Positions 40,941 through 52,309 of a stretch of 64,000 nt of DNA are shown here, in pieces. Each line of letters opens with the position of its first letter. The stretch's first letter is position 1. A program made the translations under genes and the position numbers. The notes beneath the pieces are model-generated. The model was not told the origin of the DNA, ran no database searches, and worked only from the letters and a program-made list of their open reading frames with translations. This DNA comes from Callorhinchus milii (lineage: Eukaryota). The DNA is taken from positions 43,774,001 to 43,838,000 of the forward strand of contig NW_024704742.1 of NCBI RefSeq assembly GCF_018977255.1, read 5' to 3'.

Positions 40941-43145
40941 AATGGTTCTTTGCGTATGTCATTGCAATATTCAGTTCTCTCCTTCCTGAAACAAAAGTGG
41001 TTTGCCAAATGCCTTTTTATTGAGGCAATGCCCCTTGCCAATTGTCCCACAAACAAAATGTGTGTCTTTGACAAACAGCAAACATTGTTCTGAGTTTTAT
41101 AATTCAGTGTAATTTTAGCCCAATGGTCCAATACATAATGTAACAAACTCCTTTATGCGTTATCTGGCATTGTTCACAGCAGTTGTTAAATAGTTTTCCT
41201 GATATAAAAAAAGGATCAATCATATTTACGAATACACTACTTGTTCTTCTTCAGAGTACAATTACTGTAAACCTACCGTATTTGTATTGTAGGTTGTGCT
41301 TTGATTAAATACTGGAAAATCCCTACCCAAGATTACTTACTATAAGAACAACATTCCAGGGTGTTGGCCGACAAGCAGAACAAAAAGAAAAATTGCTTGA
41401 GGTCTTTTTCATTAGATTTGAATGGCAGATTCTTTTTCCATTTACATACAATAATAATAATTCTTCCATTTATCACGTTGTCAAGATGGATCCACAGGAT
41501 ATATTGTAAAGTGGATTGACTGTGTATTTTGTTGGTGAAATGCAGAAGCCAATTAGTGCACAGCGATCTCCCACCGGGATCTTTAACGTACATCTGAACA
41601 GGCTGACGGGACCTTAGTTTAAAATCTCATCCGGACGCACCTCCGACAATGCAATACACCCCCAGCACTACATTGTAGTGTCAGTTTAGAGTATGTGATT
41701 CTGAATCCCGATGTGGGGCTTGAAACCACCACCTTCTGACTCAGAGGTGAGAGTGCTACCACAGCGCCAGGTCATTGTGACAAGCTGACACTGACACAAG
41801 AGCAATATATTAACAAATTTCAATATGGTACAATACAATTTACATTGACATAGCGTTCTTCAAGTTGGGAAGACTCCTTGAGGCATTTGATTATGCCGGA
41901 GGGGCTTCCTAGCTGGGGTACGGGGTGGGGGGTGGGCGCAAGGGGTGTAGGAGGGAAGATGACCAAAAGCACGGTAAAAGAGGTACGTTTTAAGATGTAG
42001 CTTGAATGAGGGGAGGGAGGGAGTGAGTTGGAGGGACTCTGTGATGGAATTCCAGAGTGGTGGCAGAGTGGCTCAATGCCTGACAGCTGATGATGGGATG
42101 GATAGGGCAGAGAACATGAACAGTGCACCACTTGCTGATCGAATGGAGTGCCGGGTCAGTGACCTTAAAGGAGCTCACTGAGGTAGGGTGGGATGAGACT
42201 GCAGAGGGATTTAAACTCAATCTGCGAGGGGATACGGAGCAAATAGAGCTGCATGAGGATGGGGGATGTGGAACCTGGTGTTGGAGAGGACATGGATTGC
42301 GGAGTTCTGTATAGTTTGCACCATGTGTAGGGAAGAATTGGTGAGTCCAGTAAGCAGAGCATTGGAGTAGTCAAGAATGGATGTGATAAAGGTGTGGATG
42401 AAGGTCTCGGGCTAGAGGAGAGAGGTAGTGTAGAGGGAGGCAATGTTTTAGACGACAAGGAAAGCTGAACATGTAAGAGCACAAATAGGAGTTGAAAAAG
42501 ACACTGAAGTTCCACACCACCTCTGTGGGGTGGACTGTGGCACCCATGTAGATTGATGTTGTCAGTGCCTGAGGTGAGAAGATTTTATCGAAATCCAACT
42601 GAAGAAAGTTAGAGTTCATTTAGGACTTCTTGTCTGACAGGTAATTGATCATGAAAGCAGTGGCCCACAAACAAGCCACGGAATGAGCAACCGATTTTAT
42701 TTGAGGGATTGTCATCCAAGCCCCCAGAAGAGAGAAACTCCCTTCTCTTTTTGAATAGAACAGCTGGGGAAACATGTGTGTGTATCTTTCTGTGTGTGTG
42801 TGTGTGTGTGCCTTTCTTTTTGTGTCTCTCGTCTCCCTTTGTGTGTGTCTCTCTGTATGTGTGTCTCTGGTCCCTGCGTCTTTTTCTGTGGGGATAATGT
42901 TTGTCACAATCTATTGCAATAACTCATGGTGTGAAATGAAGTGAGAGATGGAGGTGAGGAGGCCAGGGGTGTGTGAGAGGTATTCAGACACTGAGAGAAT
43001 CAGACCAGACGGGTCCCCGGGTTCGGAACGCTCCAGTCTTGCTGCTCTGTAACTCGGCGAGAGATGTAGACTCACAAACCAAGCCCCATGCATCCATGCT
43101 CGCTCCTTACACCATTTCTCGCCAACTGACACAACGTGGCTCGTC

Positions 43146-43188
43146 ATGATGCTGAAGTTAAAGAGAATGTGTCTCCCACTGGCAATCA
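43146..43188 (+). pseudogene. IgSF receptor: candidate leader exon (MMLKLKRMCLPLAI)
   Basis: ATG, 14 codons, then A/gtgagt phase-1 donor about 350 nt upstream of a V exon, which is the usual leader layout. The peptide is only moderately hydrophobic. Confidence 0.55.
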
Positions 43189-43535
43189 GTGAGTATCTAT
43201 CTCTGTTCTTGTCTGTTCACAATCCAGAGATCACATATAATTACCTAACGTTGCCCAGCTTCATGGCTCGCATTTACCCAGCACCTCTCCCCACAGAGAG
43301 ACGTCTCACAACACTTCATGGCTTATATTTACCAAGTGCCTTTCACCCAGAGAGTTACATTTACACAGCACCTTTCACCCTTTGTCCCAAAGCGCTTTGT
43401 AGGATACACTGTAAAGCGCAGTGACTGTGATTTGTGGGCGAATCCGGAAGCCATTTGAGTGACTGAGCCTTGGGCTGAGAGTTGCAATGCAAGTTATCAT
43501 TGTTGCCGTTGTGTCTCTCAATCTCTTTCGCACAG

Positions 43536-43941
43536 GTCGGGTGCTTCCAACCTTTCAGAGAGCCAGCCGGGGAGCAAACGTAACAATGTCTTGTGCGATG
43601 GAGTCATTTGGGCGATTTATTGGTTTAAGATCAAAGCAGGTCACATTTCCCCATCTCTGATACTAAGCTACCATCTCCTTACTGGGATCCGTTACTGTAA
43701 AGCGCTCTGAGATGCCGTCCGACGTGGAGGGCGCTATATAAATCCAAGTTGTTGTTGTTATACTTCACGGCTTTGCTTGCTGTCTGGATTTGGTGAACGC
43801 TTCAATCACAGTGGGTACCACAGGGGCTCGTGGAGTTAAGTGTACAAAACATGCTACCAGAAGATTCCGCCACCTATATCTGCTCTTCGGAGATAGCCAG
43901 CAATGTGAGGCTGGGAGACGGAACCAGTCTTGTGGTTACGG
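43536..43941 (+). pseudogene. IgSF receptor: germline-joined V-J (V-set) exon, disrupted
   Basis: ttcgcacag acceptor. Motifs in order: GANVTMSC (Cys 43592), IYWFK (Trp 43621), SGFGERF, LSVQNMLPEDSATYIC (Cys 43881), J-like LGDGTSLVVT. At least two frameshifts, an L2-tail insertion (about 43695-43782), and the donor reads G/atgaga instead of G/gtgaga. Confidence 0.85.
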
Positions 43942-44629
43942 ATGAGAGATCAGGAGTGGGTGGGTGGTGTGGGGGGAGAGATGACCAAGAGCACAGTCAA
44001 CTGCATCAGTTTTGAGATGGAGAGAGCGAGTTGGAGGGAATTCAGGATGGAGCAGACAGTACCAATGTGGGGGGAGCGAGCACCAGTATAGACTCAATGG
44101 GGAGGGAAAAGAGAGCAGAGGACTGGGGTTAGAGTAGAGAGCTCAGAGGAACACACTAACACTTGCACACCTTTCTCTTGCTCATCAGATTCACATACTC
44201 CTCCACCCCCTACCGCACCACTTCCCCCATGCACAATTATTACAGGATGTGCTATGTTGATTACTGCAGAGATGTATCGCCTGTTACGTGTAAACTCACA
44301 TTTGCTGAGGCACACACACACACACACACACATTTGTGCATGCAACCACACACACTCATACCTGTCCTCCCGCAGCTCACACAAAGACATGCACACACAC
44401 GCACACTCACATACACACAAATAAACACACAACACATGATGACACACTTGCACACACCTGTCACGCCTACCCTTCCCTCATAAATGTACACACAGTGGAT
44501 CGATCACTAAGTCATGTATGGACATGATGGGGGGGAAGAGAGAGCAGGAGAATGTGGTTAGAGTAGTGAGCATATCTTAGTTGTGCAAAAATGTGAAACT
44601 CACAATCATTTCCCTTCTGACCCTGGGAG

Positions 44630-44836
44630 TGAGACTTTCTAGCTCTGTACCCCCTGCCCTTGCTAGGAACTCGCTCCCGCCCACACTCCAGCTGTTATGC
44701 AGCTGGGAATCCAGGCACGATGACCTTCCAGAAATTGGGATTCAGGTTGGGAATGCCGACGACCTCTATGTAATCGGAAAAAACAAAGATATTCCTCAAA
44801 ACAGAACCCAACATTACTGCAGCATCTCACAGACAG
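44630..44836 (+). pseudogene. IgSF receptor: short Ig-constant-like or stalk exon (..PTLQLLCSW..DDLYVIG..QHYCSISQT)
   Basis: Open frame with LLC...YC (39 aa between the Cys residues) and a phase-1 donor ACAG/gtacag. The acceptor is uncertain (GAG at 44629 or TAG at 44642). Confidence 0.45.
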
Positions 44837-44862
44837 GTACAGAGACTCAGTCAAACCACATG

Positions 44863-45008
44863 CCTGTAACTCACTCCCACCCTGGAGAGGGTGTGTTATT
44901 CTATATAAACTTCTTTGAATTAAATTCCAGCCTGTAACTCACTCTCAACCCGGAGAGGATGCATTATTCTATATTATAAACCTCCAAACCCTTGGATTAG
45001 ATTTCAGA
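44863..45008 (+). repeat. Two about 70-bp tandem units (cctgtaactcactc...ttattctata..aaac...ttccag); also at about 37524-37669
   Basis: Direct imperfect repeat between the C-like and TM exons. Confidence 0.7.
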
Positions 45009-45030
45009 CTTTATGTCTCTCTAACTACAG

Positions 45031-45134
45031 ACCAGCACTGGCACCTAATAATGATATTGACAATTCTTGGAGCTGTTTCTCTTGTGCTGCCAGGCTCTCT
45101 CGCTCTTGTTTTGGTTCGTGCAGAATGCCAGGAG
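45031..45134 (+). pseudogene. IgSF receptor: transmembrane exon ((D)QHWHLIMILTILGAVSLVLPGSLALVLVRAECQE)
   Basis: ctaactacag acceptor (phase 1); about 24-aa uncharged hydrophobic stretch; GAG/gttaat donor (phase 0). Confidence 0.7.
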
Positions 45135-45563
45135 GTTAATTCTTATCCACTGCCTGTCTGTCTCTCGCTTTCACACACTCTCTCTCTCGCTGTCACACTC
45201 ACTCTCTGTCTCTCTGTCCCTCTCTCTCTAATTTTCTGTTGCTTACACTGCCCCCCCCTCTCTCTCTGTCTCTCTTTTAGTTTCTGTCTGGCTATCTCTC
45301 TTCATCTCTGTCTGTCTGTGTCTGTCTCTCTCTCGGTGTCACATTCACTCTTTATCCCTCTCTGACTTTCTGTTGCTTACACTCTCTCTCTGTCTGTCTC
45401 TCCCTGAGTCTCTGTCTGTCTATCCCTATCTTAGTCTCTGTCTGGCTTGTCTGTCTGTCTCTCTCTCTTAGTCTCTGCCTGTGCGAGTGTCTGTCCATGT
45501 GTGTGTGGGTAGGTATTAACACATGCTCTGACACAAACCTTCTCCCATCACTTGCCCCTACAG

Positions 45564-45644
45564 GAGAATGTACAATGCACAGTGGTGAGGTTTGACCCTG
45601 TGCCCAGGGAATGCAGCCCATTAACCAGCCTGGCTTTGCATTGA
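45564..45644 (+). pseudogene. IgSF receptor: cytoplasmic exon (ENVQCTVVRFDPVPRECSPLTSLALH*) with degenerate ITIM-like motif
   Basis: cccctacag acceptor, phase 0, matching the TM donor. VQCTVV is one base (TGC vs TAC) from VxYxxV. Confidence 0.6.
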
Positions 45645-47242
45645 GATCAGGAACCAGCTCATGATCAGCCAGCAAGTCTCAGACCTCACGCATCAGCCCA
45701 TCCTGAACTACCAAACCGCAGCAAGCACACTGGGAATCGCTGTGAAGCTCTCAGCGACGTCTCTCTGGGGTGAAAGGCATTGTGTAAATGGAAGCCGTGA
45801 AGCATTGTGAGACATCTCTCTGGCTGTGTAAATGTATTTCGCTGTGAATCTATTTACCCACGATAAACCTTGTGGTTAATAACAGTAAATTGGAGTGAAC
45901 AGGCCACAGACAGGAAATGAGGTTTATCATCTCTTGCACTGCGCTGCTCCTTCCCTCCCTCCCCCTAGCACTGCACTGGAGCGTCAGCCTGGACTGGGAG
46001 CTCAAAGTCATGGGGTGGAGCTTGAACACAACAACAACAAACTGCATTTACTCAGCACCTTTCACTTTAGGAGGATGTCCCAAGGCACTGGACAGTCGAG
46101 GGTTTGCACCCCAGCTGGGGTGTGGATTCGAGAGAGGGGTTGGGAGAAGATGACTGAAGGCACGGTCAAACCACACTGCCTTCTGACAGAGAGAGACTGA
46201 ATGTGTGAGAGAGAGAGAAAGAGAGAGGCTGACCAAAAAGACACACACAGACTGAGACAGAAAGAGACACACACAGACTGAGACAGAATGGTGTTCCTGT
46301 CTCTGATTGCCAGCCTGTCGGGGCTGAGCTGTGGATGGTGTTAAGCTGGTGCCTGTGATATCTCTCACTCTAGTCTCTCCCACTCACTGTTCACATCTTT
46401 GGAAACTGAGCGAGAGGGCTAGACATTGGTTTCTCACCTCAGCTGCTCGCCTCGCAAACCATGACCCAACAATCAGCTATCACCTCTGTCCCCTCATTAC
46501 ACTTCACAGTAATAACTCCCTGCTTCCTACTGACTCTATATGTGTGTGTCTCTCTCAGTCTGTGCGTGTAAATGCAATTTTTTATGAATGTGAGAGGCAG
46601 AAAGGTATCCCCCCATCCTTGCACAACTCCACTGGCTTCCCATCACACAGAGGATACAGTTCAAGATCCTGGTCCTCACCTTCAAAGCCCTCCTTTGGCC
46701 TCGCTCTCCCCTACCTCCTAACTCCCTACCCATGCTGCTCGCTCCTTACGCTGAGCGGGCTCCGATCTGCTTCACGTCCACCGCCTCGCTCGCCCCACCG
46801 TTGGCAGACGGGCCTTCTGCTACCCTGCCCCCACCCTCTGGAACTCCATCCCACAGTCCCTCCGCCTCAACCCCTCCCTTTCCATCTTCAAGACCCATCT
46901 CAAGATCCTCCTCTTCGACCGTGTTTTCGATCTCCCTGCTTCGACCCCTGCCCTCCACCCTCCCCGACCCCGACCCCAAGCTCGGGTCCGAAACTCTGAC
47001 TGTCCATGCTCATTGGGACATCCTTCCGATGTGAAAGGCGCTATACAAATGTAATGTTGTTGTTCTGTCTCACTCACTCGCTCCTGACTCCCTCCCTCCC
47101 TCACTATCTCTCTCACTCCCTCAATGTACTGCATTTACCCATGAGGTGCAACCTCCCACCCCTTCTTTCATCTCTCCATTCACTCGCTAATCCACTCACT
47201 CACCAATTGACTGACTGTTGTTTCATGTTAACAGTATTAAAT

Positions 47243-47321
47243 ATGGCAGAACAGGAGCCTCTAGGGATTGAGGTTATTCTGGATGAGGAAGCAGAGTCCA
47301 GAGCTCCTATGTGCCCACATG
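47243..47321 (+). CDS. ZCCHC4: ZCCHC4 (28S rRNA m6A methyltransferase), first coding exon (MAEQEPLGIEVILDEEAESRAPMCPH)
   Basis: G-x-EV..AP-x-CPHG start of the GRF zinc finger; G/gtaaga donor; synteny with PI4K2B. Confidence 0.9.
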
Positions 47322-47529
47322 GTAAGAGCAGATTTTTTAAAATCCTGAATTTGAGAGAGAATTGTGCAATCTGGGAGCTTGTGATTGCTATCACTTCACT
47401 TCACTCCTACTGCTCTACCTCTGCCGACTTCTCCTCCCCTCCTTCAACCTCTACCTCCACATCCACTCTGCCACCAATGTTCATGGTCAACCCCTCGACC
47501 TGGTGATCACCCGGAGTACGTATTGCTTT

Positions 47530-49178
47530 GAGGAATGAAAATGCTCACAGGAAAGGTGGCCCAACCGTGGCTAACTAGAGCAGTTAGGGAAAGTATAAAG
47601 TTAAAGGAAGAAGCCTACAAGACAGCTAAGATGAGTAGTAAACCCGAGGATTGAGAGAACTTTAGGGATCAACAAAGGCGAACCAAAAAAGTGATTAAGA
47701 GGGAGAAAATGGAATATGAGGGCAAACTAGCGAAGAACATAAATAATAATAATAATCCTTGCATTTGATTTAGCGCTTTTCACGTCGGGAGGACGTCCCA
47801 AAGCGCTTCACAGAACACACTGTAAAGTGAATTGACCGTATATTTGTGGGCGAACGCAGCAGCCAATTGCGCACAGCAATGTCCCACAAACAGTCGTAGA
47901 TTGAAAATGACCAATTTATTATTGTTTTTTTGTTTTGGAGGGATTATTATTAGGCTCTGTGTGGAGTAAGGAAACTTGCCCAAGGTTTCGCCCTGCCTGG
48001 AATTGAACTCAGGTCTCTCACTTGCAAAGCGAGTGCTCTAACCACTGAGCTACAGGACTCCACAGACAAACTGCAAGAGATTTTATAAATATATAAAGAG
48101 GAAGAGGCTGTCAGAGGTAAATGTGAGTCCGCTACAGGCAGAGACGGGGGGAATTACAGTAGGGGACAAAGACATGGCAGAGTCATTAAACAAGTACTTT
48201 GCTACTGTCTTCACCTTAGAAGACACTGAAAACCTACCAAGAATAGAGGGGATCCAAGAAGACAATGTTAGCGAGCAACTTGGGGGAATTAATATTAGTA
48301 AAGAAATGGTTTTGCAACGGGATATAGATACGCTAGGGGAGTGGGCGAGTAGGTGGCAGATGGAATTTAATGTGGGGAAGTGTGAAGTTATTCACCTGGG
48401 TAGAAAAAATAGAAAAACAGATTACTTTCTGGAGGGGGAGAGATTAGATAGTGTTAGTGTGCAGAGGGATTTGGGTGTCCTCGTACACCAGTCTCAAAAA
48501 GTTAGTTTGCAGGTGCAGCAAGCAACTAAGAAGGCGAACGGCATGTTAGCGTTCATTGCAAAAGGTTTAGAGTACAAGAGTAGGGAAGTCTTGCTGCAAC
48601 TGTATAGGGCTTCGGTGAGACCGCACCTGGAGTACTGTGTGCAGTTTTGGTGTCCTTGTTTAAAAAAGGACATACTTGCCTTAGAGGGGGTGCAGTGTAG
48701 ATTCACTCGGTTAGTTCCTGGGATGAGGGGACTGACCTATGAGGATAGGCTGAATAAACTAGGGCTGTATTCTCCAGAGTACAGAAGAATTAGGGGAGAT
48801 CTTATTGAAACATATAAGATTCTTAAAGGGCTGATAAAGTAGACACTGAGGGACTGTTTCCCCTGGTAGGAGAATCTATAACCAGGGATCACAGTCTTAA
48901 AATTAAGGGTCAGCCTTTTAGAACAGAGTTGAGGAAACATTTCTTCACTCAGAGGGCAGTGAATTTATGGAAGTCACGACCCCAGAAGGCTGTAGATGCT
49001 CAGTCCTTGAATATATTCAAGGCTGAGACTGATAGATTTTTAAAAAACAGAGGGATTAGGGGTTATGGGGATAGGGCAGGTAATTAGAGTTAGGTCAGAA
49101 GATCAGCCATGAATAGCGGGGCACAGGCTCGAGGGGCTGAATGGCCTACTCCTGCTCCTAATTCTTATGTTCTTATTT
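47530..49178 (+). mobile_element. CR1 LINE with internal deletion, interrupted by a SINE
   Basis: ORF 48123..48842 (WQMEFNVGKCEVIHLG, RDLGVLV, RPHLEYCVQFW, RGDLIETYKI). The SKEMVL|QRDID junction skips the RT core. 3' end gaatggcctactcctgctcc..ttcttatgttcttat. Confidence 0.93.
47742..48062 (-). mobile_element. Full-length young Deu-domain SINE inserted in CR1
   Basis: Intact tRNA head, Deu core and tail; nearly identical to 51281-51598. Confidence 0.92.
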
Positions 49179-51280
49179 GTGCCCTCTCGCACCTGACTCC
49201 GTGACCCTATCACCCCCATCCTCACCGACTCCATTGGTTTCCCATCACAGAGGATGAAGTTCAAGATCCTGTTCCTCACCTTCAAAGCCCTCCATGGCCT
49301 TGCTCCCCCCTACCTCCGCGACCTCCTTACCCTCTACCAACCTGCTCACTCCCTCCGCTCAGCGGGATCCAGCCTGCTTCCCGGCCCCCACCTCACCCGC
49401 CCCACCGTTGGCAGGCGAGCCTTCAGCCACTCCGCCCCCAACCTTTGGAACTCCATCCGGCAGTCCCTCCGTCTCACCCCTTCCCTTGCCTTCTTCAAGA
49501 CCCGTGTCAAGGCCCTCCTCTTCAAACGTTCCTTCGATCACCCTCCTCCCCCCACCTGATCTCCACCCTCCCCGATCCCGAACCCCAGCTTAGGTCCAAA
49601 ACACTGATTGTCCAACGCGTTGGAACGTCCTCCTGACGTGAAAGGCGCTATACAAATGTAATTTTGTTGTTGTTGTGACTCAACAACCTCATAACATGCT
49701 GCACTGTTATTGCAACAACTTGCACTTATATAGCGCCCTCCATGCATGTAGTCTCTCAGAGTGCTTATCATTATGATAATGATTTAAACAATCCTATACA
49801 ACCACCTAATTTAAACTTGTGTAAAGTGAGGGCATTCAACCTTGGAGCAAAGTCAGGAATGTGGATTTATGATACGAAAGATTGAAATTGATTGGAAACC
49901 CATTTAAATTATGAGCTGTGGTTATTTTTCAGAATGAGATACAATAAAAGTAGGTCACATTTACTAAATCAAATTGGGTGAGTTTCACTGTAAATGTTTG
50001 AAGTTTGACAGTTCGGTAAATAATCACTGCATATGTAGGCCATTTGTTTACAGTGATCTGTAATGTTGCATCAACAATAACTAAATAAATCAAATTTGAA
50101 TCTTTTATGCAGAGACAACTTGTCTATTAAACGTCATGTGAGTATCTCTAAGCAACTGTTTTAATTTGACTTCATTGGGTTCTGAAAAATTGTGAGAACA
50201 TCTTTCATTCTATAGTGAACTGTTTTACCGAATGAGATTACTGTAATTAGAAATTATGTGAAGATTGTATGAAAGCCAATCTGAACAGCTAATTTGCACC
50301 AGGAATATCCTGCAAACAATCATAATCATATTATAATCCTTGCATTTTATTTTGTGCCTTATCACGTCATCGGAACATCTTAAGGTGACTCACAGGATTT
50401 ACTGTAAAGTGTAATTATTGTGTATTTATAGGCGAATGAGAAGGAGTAGCCAGTTAATTTGAATTTAGAGTGAATTTAGCTGATGAGTGAATTTAAGGTA
50501 GGATAAATTGGAGAACGTTTCAAGTTTCTTTTAAAAACAGCAGAGCCGCTTAATCTGTCACACAAGACATGAGACTTTAATAAATGACTCAAATCAGAAA
50601 GGATGATGATCCGAAAATAAATAACGTATTTATTGCAAAATATGGGCAAATATGAAAAACAACCTATAATAATAGTCCTTGTGTTTGATATAACACCTTT
50701 CAAGTGAGGAGGATGTCTCAAAGCTTCACAGGATTTTAATGTAAGCTGTAGTGACTATGTATTTTGTAGGCAAATGTGGCAGCCAGTATTGCATTCAGCT
50801 GTGTTCCACAAACAGTCATGATTGATCAATTTTATGTGAGAGGATTTTTGGCCAGGACCCTGGGAGGAACTCCCTGGTCTTTTCAAATTATACCATGGAA
50901 TCGTTTATTCCCACCTGAATGGGCAGATGGGACCTCAGTTTACTGTTTCAGCCAAAGGACGGCACCTCTAACAACGCAGTGCTCCCACAGCATCTTGTTG
51001 GGAGTGTCAGCTTAGACCGTAAATTCACATTCCTTACGTGTGGCACACTCTGGAACTTATTAATTTTTGTGAAGGTATACACTCTTTGGTTGAAGGGGGG
51101 AAGCTATTTTTAGTGACCCAACTGAGCTAAGCTGACTCACTGATACACTTTGAGATGTCTAGAAAACGTGATAAGGCGCTATATCAAATGCAAGGATTAT
51201 TATGTTTCTCTTACTTTTTTGGGGATTAGAACTCTTTCCCTCACCTCAACAACAACAGCTTTCAGTTATATAGTGTACTT

Positions 51281-51598
51281 AATAATAAATAATAATCCTT
51301 GCATTTGATATAGCGCTTTTCACGTCAGGAGGACGTCCCAAAGCGCTTCACAGAACACACTGTAAAGTGAATTGACTATATTTGTGGGCGAACGCGGCAG
51401 CCAATTGCGCACAGCAATGTCCCACAAACAGTCGTAGATTGAAAATGACCAATTTAATATTGTTTTTGGTTTTGGAGGGATTATTATTAGGTGTGTGGAG
51501 TAAGGAAACTTGCCCAAGGTTTCGCCCTCTGCCTGGAATTGAACTCAGGTCTCTCGCTTGCAAAGCGAGTGCTCTAACCACTGAGCTACAGGACTCCA
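51281..51598 (-). mobile_element. Full-length young Deu-domain SINE
   Basis: Same structure and near-identical sequence to 47742-48062. Confidence 0.92.
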
Positions 51599-52309
51599 CA
51601 TGGGATAGATTCTCGGAGCGCTTAACAGTGGCGGAGCTTGATTTCTCTCCCCCCCCCCCCCACCCACCCTCCTCGTTCACTTTCTTCCCTCTCCTTTCCC
51701 TGCTTCTTTCCTAACCCCAATTAAGTGGGATCAAATGTCATTTCTTGCTTTCATTGACTAGTCCATGCAAATGATCTACCCAACGTATAGTAAATGTACA
51801 GTGTTAAACTGGTAAGTGGATAAAGGAGAACTTGTATTACTACAATAAGAGTATTTGAGATGAAACAATAATCCTCCTCTTTTGTTTACCCAGTATGACA
51901 TTGAGGTTATGTTCAGCATTTGTTAACAAAGTTGGTTGCTAAGACCTCTGCTTAAAATCATTTCCACATATTAAAGCTATGCTCCATAGCTTTTTTTAAA
52001 AAAACAACCATCCCTATCATATCATTATTGGCAACAACTACAGTTTACCTTAGATATTGCTTTCAATTTAAAATGTTCCATTGCCTGTTGTTGTGACAAG
52101 TTTCAAGACTAATGAGCCCTTCGGAAATTGTATCTTTGATGTATCTGCACTTGGAATTATAATAATCATTGCTTTTGATATTGCTCCTTATCGATTGAAA
52201 AGTCTCATAAAGTATTTTACAGTTTGTTTTAACAGTGTATTTTACAGGCATACTTACAGTCAGTTTGTGCACTGTGATGTCTCACAAACAGCCAGAAAGT
52301 GATGTTGTT

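Larger units (their letters stand above)
44321..46605 (+). repeat. Direct duplication (about 2.3 kb), copy 2
   Basis: Matches 36982-39270; both copies end at ...gaggcagaaagg. Confidence 0.95.

Noticed and set aside
43807..43852. Perfect RSS heptamer CACAGTG (43807-43813) with nonamer-like ACAAAACAT (43844-43852), and CAATGTG just before the J-like motif
   Set aside because: The spacer is 30 nt, not 12 or 23, and the heptamer lies mid-framework upstream of the second Cys. CAATGTG has no nonamer. No evidence of a rearranging locus.
45136..45500. Leu/Ser/Cys-rich ORF extensions (also 33060-33180, 37800-38160, 42780-42890, 44311-44470)
   Set aside because: Translations of (TC)n and (CA)n microsatellite-like tracts.
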